From assembly GCA_051362555.1 (NCBI GenBank), contig CM120641.1, forward strand, positions 17,732,001 to 17,796,000: a DNA stretch of 64,000 nucleotides, read 5' to 3'. Of the stretch, positions 25,201 through 36,520 are shown piece by piece (positions within the stretch are counted from its first letter, which is position 1; each line of letters starts with the position of its first letter). The translations under genes were made by a program, and so were the position numbers. Origin of the DNA: Lingula anatina. Taxonomy: Eukaryota > Animalia > Brachiopoda. Under the pieces are notes generated by a model. The model did not search any database. It had not been told where the DNA came from and was given only the letters and a program-made list of their open reading frames with translations.

Positions 25201-28200
25201 TGTTATGAATGTGTCGAGACTTACGAGGGGGTTTGGGTATATGTGGATCTATTAAGTGGTGTTGCATCCGCCACTCTTGTTTAAACCAGTCGTAGTAGGC
25301 ATCTCCTATATCGTACCATCCGTCCCGCCAGTGTTCTGCAGGCACAAGCGTAGATCATGCCCATACATTAGTTGAATATTGTTACAAAGCGCGCAGAAAC
25401 GAAAAGACTTATTGGATTGTTTTACTTTAGTGACAATTAAGGAAAATCAAATTTTATGTTACAAATTTTCTTAAAAGGGGATCTAAAAGCTATTGAGCAC
25501 AAGGGAAGAACCATACATCCACAAGATGCACTCTGAATACAATATGAGACAAGTGTGAAGAATAGACCCAAATAGAAAAGAAGAAAGGAAAAAGAATGCA
25601 GAAGTTGGATGGTTGTAAGACAAAAACAATATACAGAGCAATACGTTTACTAGTAATAAAAAGGCAAGGGAGATAAGAAAGGAAGAACCACAATCCGGTA
25701 GTTCAGACTGAGCGGAAAATTAAGGAAGGCGACAAAAGATTTACGAACGAATGAAAGATGAAAGGGGTCAGTGGCCTTTCTGAATGATTGAAAGAAGTGA
25801 TGTCCGATAGATTGGCAAAATACGATATTGCAAGACGGAAGGTTCTCAAGACTACAAATAGGGTAACCTAAAGGTTAAACTTCACTAACTACTGTAACAT
25901 TACCATTTTTGGTATCCTCCTCGAAAACCCCTGAAAACATACACAACGATATATGACTGCCATGTAAATTCAGCAGAACAAATATGCACAGCTAATATAA
26001 CCGATAGATACCCGTGTTTTGATAGACATTGGTTTTAAAACGGACTGGAGGAAGGAACGTGGTTGGTGGAGGCAAAAGGATAAGTACACTGCACCATACT
26101 CTAATGGTCCAAGAGAATATTGGTATTATGACTTTGGTGGTTGCACAGGAACCATGCCTCTTGCATCTCATGACCTGACTGAAGAGTAAGACTGGCAAAC
26201 GGAATGGGAACTCTAGTGAAAGTTGGTTGGTTGGGAGGGGTTAAGTGGATTGATTTGAAAAAGGCAAAGTGGAAAATTACATAGAAGTGTGGGCTGAGCA
26301 AAAATGCTTTTTTTTTTCAAAGTAACAAAAGGATAAAATATATAAGAACCAAGAATAGAATGAGTGGAATGGCAGTGGGCGATGCGCATCCCCGTCCTTT
26401 GTCACCACACTGCTCCAATATGTAGTCTGTATCATTTAGCTTTATGCAAACCCATACTGGCAGCTCCAGCAATCGCATACAAACCAAAATGAGCTATATA
26501 CCAAATACATGCAGAAGCTTCTACAAAAACGTGGCCTAAAGTGCATAGCGACATACTACTAGCTTTAGCAGGTATGTTCACAGCCTAAGTCCAAGGTTAA
26601 CTGCATCCCCGAAAACAACCCCAGATAAACTCCACACGGTCATCTGAAAGTCGTTCTTGTACTAGGCTTGCCCTACGATCCGTATGGAAAATATTGAAGC
26701 GCGGGAAGTATTCCTGGTTAAGGTCCGATGCATGTAGGGGTGGCTTCTATTTGCCTGCATGTACTCAGTTAAAACCACCTCCCCAAAACTATCCCCAAAA
26801 TCTCTAAACCCTTTTTAAGATCCTATCCTGCTAGCTCTATACACCGCTACTCTAGGCAAAGCCCATGCCCACTTACTGCTACGTGGCGACTCTTTCATAA
26901 ATGCTTTTTTTCGCAACGCCACCGGTTTTTCCATAAATGAGTAGTCCACGTCATCATTGTAGCCTTGGTATGGGTCTAGGAAGGGGGAAATGAAGATATG
27001 GTATACATGTGCACTTTAATTTGACTTCAGATTGATCTTTATTTTGTTTTTTTGGGATATTTACTTTTAAATATTCAAACCACGAAAATAGGCTGTTGCG
27101 GTTTTTATATGTCAGGAAGCCAACCAACAATGTTAGGTTAACATTCATTTCTGCGATTCAGATAAATCATCTGCCACTTCGTAAGACAACGTGGTGCTTT
27201 CTAATGTTGTTCTGGAGATAAGACCGCAACGTTCCTGTCTGCATTTAAATTTTAAAATGATTTACGACATTTTAGAATATGGTAAGGGTGAACACCAAGC
27301 AAGAAAAAGAAGCACTTTCAAGGTAAAGTAGAGAATGGTGAAAGGCAGCCAAATAACGTATTTATACTACTAAGAGGTTAACAAAAAAGATGAAATACAA
27401 AAAAAATTTAAAACACTGCATTACCAACAATGTAAGCATTACAATAACTTTCAGATGACATTTAATCTCCTGCTGAATGATTAAAGGTGCCTTAATCGTG
27501 CTTAATCAAGATGCCAAAAGAACTGCAAAACTTTAACTTACGTGCAGCTTGTTCCTTATGCATGAACGCCTGCTTCCTCGCGGAAACCGGCATTTGCATA
27601 AAGCTATAGTCAATTTCATCTTCGGGTGGTGGTCCGCCGGCGAATGGAGGCGGTGCGTGATGTTCCGGGGCTGACACATGCATACTTTCAAACTGTGGCT
27701 GCATCTGTTGAAGAGATCGTTGTTGTTGTTGCGGATGATGCTGTTGCGGTTGAGGAGGATAGTAGACAGCAGGGTTGATGAAAGGAGGTGGAGAGACCGG
27801 AGCGGCGGGTGCCGGTCTGAATTTGTGGTACCTTGGTTGCGGCATTGGTGCTGGTGGAGGGCTGTAGAGACTCTAGAGAAGGGAAAATGTCAAGATCACT
27901 TACACCCGCGAACATGCCTGACGTCAGACATAATGATTTACATCATACCTAAGGAGGATAACGTCATGCATGATGCCATTGTCGTCTAGAGCAGAACATC
28001 GTGACGTCAGCTAGATATTTACATTATGCATGACATCACTGCCTACTCGAAGATAACATCATGTTTGGCGTCAGAACGAGGCTCACATCATGCATGACGT
28101 CATTTTCAGCTCAAGGATAACATGCCTAATATTATCATCTGTTTAAGGAGAAAAAATCATGCTTGTCCTATCCAGTCTTACCGATATATTTTATCATTTA

Positions 28201-31200
28201 ACATTTAAATTCTTATTTGATGCATTTAAAATCAAGCCAAATGCTCGAATGGCAATGAAAGCGTGTCATAACGATAACAGTTTCAATACTACATGAAGGC
28301 CTACGCCTGTTTATGGCAGAAAAGTACTTTTGCATGCCTGCAACATGAATTGGTGGCCTAACTTGGGTAAACTGTACAACTCGTTCTAAACATGTCACGC
28401 ATGCGCTGGATTGACACTGGTGGTCTGTAAAATTAGCAACTTTAATATATAAGTTAACTCAACACGAAATATTGTTAGCAAAGGAAACACCACAATTGAA
28501 CACGATGTAGAAATTCTAGGACCTGGAACGAACAAATCTGTTGTTAGTTATAAATAGGAATTATGTTCAAGTTTCTGGAACTAATAGACTTTATGATATA
28601 TGAACATGATATGAATATCTATCATATATCAGGAATTTAAGCAGTAGGGTGAGACATGTAACCAATAGGTTGCTTTTATGAGTAAACAGGGAACGTGCCA
28701 GGGTGTCTACGATTTTTAGGCTTTTGGATTATCCAGAAACTTTGAAGTCCAAATAAAAATTTAATACTTGAAAAAAGGGTAAATGAGAGCATCTTTGACA
28801 GTTAGAAAATGCAGGTGTTACAAATCCACCAACTTTCGAACCAAATAATAATCATGCAAAAATCAACAGCATGTGACGTCACAAAAAGGTTTAGATATAC
28901 GTGTTTTGCACTCTACACTGCGTTAGTGCCTATTTCAAGTTGTTGGATCTACTCAGTACAGTGCTCAAAAGCAAAAGGACTTTGGTCATAGTAAAGGAGG
29001 AAAGGTTGAGTCATCCACAGCCACCATATGTCTTTAATTATGAGGCATTTATGCGTACTGTTTGTGACGTCAATACTGATGGTAACGCGGTGAAGAAAAA
29101 GTGGTTCTCGCGAAGCATGCCTTGTCCAGCGATTCTGCCACTCGTTGCATCATGACACCAGGGGCATCCCGAAGGCTGCTCGGGCCCTTGAAATCCGTGC
29201 CCATTTGTGGTGCACGTGGCGACGTTTTGAAGGTTGGAATTCGTACAGCAAACATGCCCGCCTCGGGGGTTGGCGGAGTGGGTGCTGGAATGCCTTGCAT
29301 TGTACCCTATGAGACAACATAAACAACCTCAGTGGCGTCAGTGTCACAACAAACTTCTGAAGGGATTGGGAAACTTACAGAGGGGTGGTCTCCAGTTATT
29401 ATAGACATTGCAATACATTTTATTAATTGATGTAGGCTTTTTCGTTCGTGTCGAAATATGTAGCAAAAAGAAAATTTATACAACAATATGGCAGTTATTT
29501 TACAGTTCTCTCTTGTAGAGAATACCCCTCTATACAACAAGTATGGATGAAGGGGGCAGAAAGGCTGTTTCAAGCATGCCAGATTATACAGGTAGATATC
29601 TACAAGGAAGCTCTTTTTGCATGCTTCCGTGTTATGTATGTTAAAGCTTTTTCTTTCTCTGGTCAAAGATGTTATGTGCTATCTACGTAAAACTAGTATA
29701 TGTATAGTCATATTATCACGTGCATACAGTATATCCAGTAAATGTTGGCGATATCAGCGAAAGGTATTTATTTTGCATATTTAGCCACTCTTCTATTGCA
29801 CCAAGATGCAGCATGAACCTGAATGGAGAACACCACACGTCATCAACACGTCCTTAATACGTCATCATTTCGTCATAAAAATCATTCAGTCTACGTTACT
29901 GATACGTTGTCACTTTGTTTGATAATTGAAATCCAATTTACATGCAATTCTGTCACAAAACAAACATTATCTAATACTACAAAACCCCTGCCAATACAAA
30001 TAATTTGAACAGTTTTTAATATCCCGTGAGTAGTAACTCATGAACTTCTGTTACGAACTAAAATGCATTTTGAAATTATTAACTGTATATAAATAGGCGG
30101 CAGTTTGACAAAAGTGAATGAAGAAGTGAGGGCCACGAAAGAATTCTGTTGACCAATCGTGATGGTAAATTTCTCCATTCATAGCTCACTTTTAGTGCAT
30201 ATCAAAATTTGTCTCTGAGATTTACGTGTGCTACTTACGGGCGGTAATGGCTTATGAGCCCGTCTGGCATAAAAAGACTGGGAAGCGGGTTTTGATGACC
30301 AATTTTATATATATAAGCCAATATAAAATGTGCATGCGTGTACTTACCGGATGCGTCGGAGAGACTGGGGTGTGGCTAGGAGCTCTTGGCTGTTGAAATA
30401 GGATGTTTGGCTGCTTGATTGGAGATTGTGGAGGAGTCCGTCCCGATTCGCCTCTGAGATAATAAATAATATAAGAAGATATTTTTAAGAAATATTTTGA
30501 CCAAGATGCAGTCCAGTTAAATTTTTTGAAGGGAGGTTCCAAGAGACAAACACGGTCATTAAACAGCTCATTTTTTTACTTATGTATATTTCTTTATTTA
30601 TCATTGTGGTTATTTGGCTATTTACCTTCGTGAATATCAAATGTCAATCATTTCCTGACATGTCATAAGCTTTATTTCAGCATTAAATGCAGCCTTGTAA
30701 TATGGAAAACCTGATATATAAATAATTGGTGAGTAGCGTCATTTACCTCTGTACGGTTATCGAAAGTGTTCCGCCACTGCGTTTAATCAGGTCCTGGGCT
30801 TGCTTGTGAACTAGGTTGCTAGTGTCATAACCGTCTATGGCCACTATCAGGTCTCCCCTCTGAAGCTCTCCTTCGGCCGGGCTGCCAGTAAATACCTAGA
30901 CCAGATGAATAGTCAGTATGTTAGCGCTTATCTATAGGGTCTACATATTATTAAAAATTCCCACCGCTGTTGATATGTTGCCGTTATTGAATAACGTGTT
31001 GCTTTTGTTTGTAAATAAAGATCGCCAGTGATTGATTACAGAAGACGATGGACGGCCATCGCTTTAATGGAACAAGGTCAAAAATATCAACATATATCAC
31101 TAACAGGTGAATGGTAGGTAAAGGATGGTTCATGGTTGATATTGCATAGTTTATAGCCATTTACAAACATGAACATTGGTCATAAAGATTGTTATTGTAT

Positions 31201-33992
31201 TATGCAGCATCTTGTCCTCCATATTTACACAAACTATAATAATTGACAGCGAATACATTAGGCAGTGAAAAAAAACATGCCTGCGTCTTGTTTGCATTCC
31301 ACACGCATTGCATAATGTGGTTTGCCATTTTTCGACCTGGTTTTATTCCACATACTACAAATGGCTTAGACTTCATTAGGTCACAGATTTGTTAGAACAC
31401 AAATTTTTTGTGACAACTTGACCGGTACAATGTAAGAGCACTATAATGGACAAGAACGGTACTGAAAACACGGTGAAAGCCATGGTTCTTATCGATTGAA
31501 GGAAAAGGGCACTTGTGGCTAATAATAAACATTATATTACTTAAATGCAAGCAAGGATTCTGCTCCTGTATGCTACATGTTACACCTGTCTGTGATCATC
31601 CACATTTGGAAAACAGTAGAACATTGCAGGATTGAATGGAAGACTCATAGCAGCAAGTCTTGCAGAGGGTTAAGGAGGAATATGGTTGAGCGGAAACCGC
31701 GTCTGACTTTATGAACACCTCTTGCTTTTGCAAAGGAAGACCACAGCCTCTTATCTTCCTAAATGCAACTCCATGCAATGATTTATACAGTCGTTCTTCC
31801 TGTCAGCCCCAGGTGAAACATTCTTAGCAAAAGTAACATATTTTCACGCATTTGTTGTTTATGAGAGGTTAAAAAACTTTTTGTGTTTAAATTGGTAACT
31901 CGCCGTAGTTTCGTTTTGTAATCGTTTTGTAATTAGTGTTATTTATGTCATTATCAACGCCGCCACCATCATCATCGTCAACAAAAATAACAACAACAAA
32001 ACTCAACATATTTAGTAGAACACTGAGAAGCAGAATTGCAAGGTGTGTTCCAGATTAACTGAATTATTATCGCCCTCAGATTTATGTTCCTCCTTGTTTT
32101 TTATGTCTAGTAAAGCATATTAGAAACGACATAAGAATTTGAAAGTTTTAGGAGGTTCGTTCAGGTGTGCATACTATCCAGTCTATATAAAGTAATGATT
32201 GATGCATTCAGCTTAATTTTAACTTGGAATTCTTTTGGATACGTAAAAAGATTCCAGACAGTCTATAATGATATCTGCACATAGAACTTGCAATTAGAGT
32301 GTTGCAGCTCCATCTACGGTTAACTGTGTAAGCCAAATTGAATTCACCAACAGCAGTTAGAAAGAACTTGGCACAGGTGTAGTTCTGAAGTCTTATCTGT
32401 TTAAATCCCGTAAATCACGCCTACATAAGGGAAAGAAAAACATTTCTCTAGTCTACGCATCTTCCTTCCCGTCTTCCTGCCATACACTCGTCTTCATCTA
32501 TCTATATGTATATCTATCTATCAATCTATCTACCTATCTATCTATTTTTGACAGTATGTCACCCTATTGATATTTTGTTGTAAAAGCGTAATGTTGCTTT
32601 GGATCTAATATTCCATAATTAATCGCTCAGCGAAAAGGTAGCACTTTGAAAAGCCAAAACATTTGCCGTCCACTCCCTGCTGTGACCCGACAGATGCAAA
32701 GCAGTCGAATTGGTGTTCTGACACCTTGATGCACGCCATGTCAACACATCTTACACTTTCAATAAACAAACATCAAGTGCTATCTGAGAGTGCCAAGCGC
32801 TAATAAAAAGAGAAATTTACCTTCGAGAGTTCGGTTTACTTATAAAGACGCTGCTCTTGGTCTCGAAAATGGAGGTCGGTAACGTTTCCTCCAGCCGGCA
32901 CAGGTAAAAACAGGGTAACTATTTCTGCTCAACCCACAGAGAATTTGCATATTCACCTCTGACCGCGATTAGGGAACTTTGGGGAACAGGTGATATCTTG
33001 CAAAGAACATCCAAAAACTAGGTATGTTGATCTGTCTGTCTGTAAACAATATGCCAATGTTTTGACAAAAAACCTTCTTACGCAGCATGTCTGCACAATC
33101 CGCGGTCTTGCAGCTTTAATTCATTGTATAAATTCATACGGTATTGAGAGATTTTACCTATTTTTGAGAGCTGCGCACCTTGCGTTGCCCCACCTGGAAA
33201 TCAGATAACTCTAAATATATATCCCCCGCACTCTACCTCCCGTTTACCCTTAAATAGTACGCGTCCGTCAGAGCGCGGTAAAGGTATCTGCACATTTCTC
33301 CGTAGCACTCGGCTCATATTTCACCGATATTTTGAGAAATTCTGCAGCCGTTCGTTTTTACCTGGTCTTTCGCAAACGGCGCAATACTGATATTTCAAGA
33401 ACAAGAAGCAAAGAAAACTCAAGGGCAAAGAGGCTTATCTGTCATGCCGTCCAGCGAAACGTGATTCCAGACATAAATAATGAACTATCCGCTGCCAGAT
33501 AACTCTGAATGAATAAAATGGCAAACTTCGTACCATGTTTCCGTGCACTTATTGCCGCACATTATCTGCACTAAAAGAACGCATTTAATCATTTCATAAA
33601 TCAGTAGAGATTCGAGGTAATGACTGACATATCAGTGCTCAACCTGTGCACCTTTACGAAATACATTGGCTGCTTTCGACGTGTTCAGGAATAACAGGTT
33701 TATGCCGACTGTGATAAAGATAAAAGTAGATATGAAAAATATGCAAAAAAAATTATTTCGAAGTTTAACGCTAGTTTCTCGCTACTTCATGCGTAGAGTT
33801 ACTATAACCGAATGACAATTAAATTTTGTTACTATCAGTAGAGGCTACAGTCGCCCTTTCGCTTACCCTTTGTATAGTGAGAGGCTTCCCAAAGTCTTTG
33901 CCTCCCTGCAAACGAAAGCCCCAGGCGGTATTGAGGCTGTCGCGATGTAACGTGACTTGGAACATAGCGAAGGGTCCTACAGTGGTGGTCAT
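22260..33992 (-). CDS. PDZ + ZM-motif protein without LIM domains (Zasp66-like, ALP/Enigma family), paralog A; core isoform about 493 aa
   Basis: In-phase GT-AG exons: 33992-33867 (MTTTVGPFAMFQVTLHRDSLNTAWGFRLQGGKDFGKPLTIQR), 30895-30747 (VFTGSPAEGELQRGDLIVAIDGYDTSNLVHKQAQDLIKRSGGTLSITVQR), 30453-30348, 27872-27542, 23881-23287 (contains ZM motif HLQFNSPMKLYSTDNV) and 22434-22260 (DYTQSAVYRMVHEE...KQSRSFQTL...AVSDF*); 1482 nt. WGFRLQGGKDF is the ALP/Enigma PDZ signature. No Cys/His LIM pattern occurs before the stop. The start could be ATG 33992 or 33965. Confidence 0.9.
22504..22532. repeat. (ATTGT)n pentanucleotide microsatellite
   Basis: About six tandem TATTG units in the last intron of paralog A. 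Confidence 0.9.
22870..23272. mobile_element. Helentron-associated non-autonomous element (HINE/DINE-like)
   Basis: Subterminal inverted repeat CCTCCGCCAAGG (22897-22908) / CCTTGGCGGAG (23259-23269), an internal GGATCCAGACGGTGATCCAGATC palindrome-like core, and an (ACAG/ACAA)n microsatellite before the end. This architecture is typical of HINEs. Confidence 0.65.
24892..24972 (-). CDS. Putative cassette exon of PDZ paralog A (81 nt, phase 1-1)
   Basis: TCTCCCAG acceptor and GTATGT donor; open frame VGTPPPDKPYVYDSVKNRAKGYQDWL. Confidence 0.65.
   Translation of the reverse strand, partial: RSGRRHQISRMSMTVSKTEPKGIRTG
25225..25335 (-). CDS. Putative cassette exon of PDZ paralog A (111 nt, phase 1-1)
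   Basis: CCTGCAG acceptor and GTAAGT donor; open frame HWRDGWYDIGDAYYDWFKQEWRMQHHLIDPHIPKPP. Confidence 0.65.
26877..26975 (-). CDS. Putative cassette exon of PDZ paralog A (99 nt, phase 1-1)
   Basis: Strong polypyrimidine acceptor (TTTCCCCCTTCCTAG) and GTAAGT donor. It encodes HPYQGYNDDVDYSFMEKPVALRKKAFMKESPRS, paralogous to the end of the preceding exon. Confidence 0.75.
29070..29306 (-). CDS. Putative alternative terminal exon of PDZ paralog A (short PDZ-only isoform)
   Basis: The acceptor GTTGTCTCATAG is phase 0 and compatible with the upstream exons. Frame GTMQGIPAPTPPTPEAGMFAVRIPTFKTSPRAPQMGTDFKGPSS...RYHQY* is GC-rich, exon-like sequence inside an AT-rich intron. Confidence 0.6.
   Translation of the reverse strand, partial: GTMQGIPAPTPPTPEAGMFAVRIPTFKTSPRAPQMGTDFKGPSSLRDAPGVMMQRVAESLDKACFARTTFSSPRYHQY
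30239..30263 (-). CDS. Putative 25-nt alternative microexon of PDZ paralog A (phase 2-0)
   Basis: CTTTTTATGCCAG acceptor and GTAAGT donor; encodes RAHKPLPP. It has the same phases as exon 30453-30348, so either one, but not both, keeps the frame. Confidence 0.5.
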
Positions 33993-36074
33993 ACGGGTAC
34001 CAATTAGGCCATCATCCTCCACAGCACCGTCAAGTTTTTCTCATCCGCCTCACAGAACCACTCTCAGCCAGAGACGAGGCTCCTTAGGCTGGCGGGCTTA
34101 AGCTCGTGACGTTACAGCGCGCGCGGTAGGGCGTCTTCCTCGAAGGTGTTTCTAAATCTACGTATCTGGATAGAGTTACCAAACTATTTAAAAACCAATT
34201 GGTTGGCCGGGGTCAAAGATAATGAACACATTTACCTTTGGGGTATAAAAAGTGCACATATGACATACATTTATATATAAGAGCAGGTGCCATTCATAAA
34301 AGTATTACAGTTAAACCATTCTATAGTAGATATCTTAAGCTGCCAGAAAATCTACAATGACACGGACGTGGTGCGCCGTCTGATTTCCATTCAAACTGAA
34401 ACGCGGCAACCAAAATATCTTTAGAAGATTTGTTGGTGCTGCCACCAAATGTGCCAAACTATTCATGACTATTGGCTGAACTCTACTGCTAATGCGCCAT
34501 TAATGAAGGTGGAATTCATGGCCATGTACCTGATTATGAAAGTGGCTTGTTTATTTCTGTTCGTTTTTCATTTTGAAAAAAAAAATTAAATGGGTGTGCG
34601 TATACCGTATGTAAATTGACGTTATGGAAACATGCACCGGAGCGAAGAGAGAGAGAGAGAACAGCCTTACCTTGCAATCTGTCTGTCTGGCTCTATCTGT
34701 CTGTTTGTCAGAATGCTTCTTTGGAGGACATGTCTGTGTCTAATTATTGTGACAGATGTGCAGACTTTTATCGCTGTTATGATATCCCCTTAACGCCATT
34801 TCACAGGATACCTCACGTTTGCGCCGTACATTAAGACACATAGACATGGGGTAGGCAGCAGACAATGGTAGTTAAGATTTTCAGATCTGCATGAAATATG
34901 TGCAATACAGTGTGTCATTCTGGTATAATTACATTGGAATCGTAATTGATTTCGAGCGCTATAAGTTAGTTTTGAGAAAAAAGAACTAGTCTATTGGTAG
35001 ACGTCTTAATGGATCTGGCACATCCGTGTGAGGTCTTCGCTACCAGCAGGGGTGGCGCCGGAGCATAGAAAATTTTGAAGGTAAGTTAATATGAGAGTAC
35101 ATGAATAGGTCAGAAATCAATCATACCTTGTTAATGGTTAAATGGCGATTTTCCAGGGTATAAATCTCCCGCCCAAGAACTGATATTGTAAATAATTTTC
35201 CAGAATGTTGGAAGGGGGGATTACGAGGTGCTGTCATAGTTTTAATTCAATGTGGTATTTAAGTGGAATAATAATTTGAGACATTTCGATGTTTTTTTAG
35301 AAGGAAACTTTGTAACCGATGTGCTTACCTTGTAACCATCAGCATAATAAGGGAAGATGAATGATCATCTGAAACTCTTCCCCATTTTTCCATTATAACA
35401 GTTTTCTACAATTTTAACACTTTAAAGTATAAAGAAAGAACATTATTTTTCACAGCAACTCATCTTGAAATACAGATCTATGGAGTTTGATGTTTGAATA
35501 TATTTTACAGCAAAGAAAGAAAACATGCATTAGTAGTGCTCATTAATAAACTGCAAGACATAGGTCTTAAATGTTGCAGTGTGGAAGAAATGAAAATCGC
35601 TCGGCACTTAACGAATCCATTGAAGAAGACAAATGTCTAGGTCCGGTTCTGCCTACGAAATTCACAGATAGTGGGCATATTTAACTTGAAAAACGTGCTT
35701 CTCAAAAATCAAATAAGTCATTGTTATCCAATTGAAAGTCATCCACAGCTCTCGTTAATTACCATGTATTACGATTACATGTATGGCAACTCTTATCCCT
35801 CTCCTTGCTAGAAGAATTTGTTAGTTCGAAGTCAACCCCAAACTCCAACGTTGTAGACCTATTGTGTTTGGGGTGGTTTCTATAGGCTGCAGTTGAGAGA
35901 GATATAGAAATTCAATTACTGTGAATTTAAAAAATGGTTCATTTATCAAATCGTCAAGCGTTCTGGAGTAAGAGGGCCTGGAAAAGAGCGGAGAGGAACT
36001 CACGTCGTGAGACAGATACATATACATATTCAACACTGTAAATGAACAGAAATAGCATGAACTGTCATCAGAGG

Positions 36075-36520
36075 GCAGCATGGACACCTGACATGGACAC
36101 CAGAGTTCATCTGGCATGGACACCAGAGTTCATCTGGCATGGATACCAGAGTTCACCTGGCATGGACACCAGAGTTCACCTGGCATGGACACCGGAGGAC
36201 ACTTGACATGGGCATCAGAGGACACCTGGCATGGAAACCAGAGGACACCAAAGGCAACCTTATCTGGACATCGGAGGACACTTGACATGGGCATCAGAGG
36301 ACACCTGGCATGGGAACCAGAGGACACCGAAGGCAACATTACCAGGACATCGGAGGACATCTGACATGGACACCGGAGGACACTTGACATGGACACCAGA
36401 GGACACCTGGCATGGCCACCAGAGGACACCAAAGACAACCTTATCTGGAGATCGGAGGACACTTGATATGGGCATCAGAGGGCACCTGACGTGGACTGGC
36501 AGGGCACCTGCCATAGACAC
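36075..36520. repeat. GC-rich minisatellite, about 21-bp unit with a higher-order ~81-bp period
   Basis: Units such as GGACACCAGAG(TT/GA)CACCTGGCAT repeat many times, and the block GGACACCAAAG(G/A)CAACCTTATCTGGA recurs. The overlapping ORFs in both directions are a by-product of the repeat. Confidence 0.9.

Noticed and set aside
25992-26760. Further candidate cassette exons of paralog A near 26000-26190 and 26580-26755
   Set aside because: Acceptor-like AGs exist, but the phase-compatible frames hit stops or lack a donor; not supportable.
34140-34290. TATA-, CCAAT- and MEF2-like motifs upstream of paralog A
   Set aside because: Plausible promoter position, but the motifs are short or imperfect and expected by chance in AT-rich DNA.
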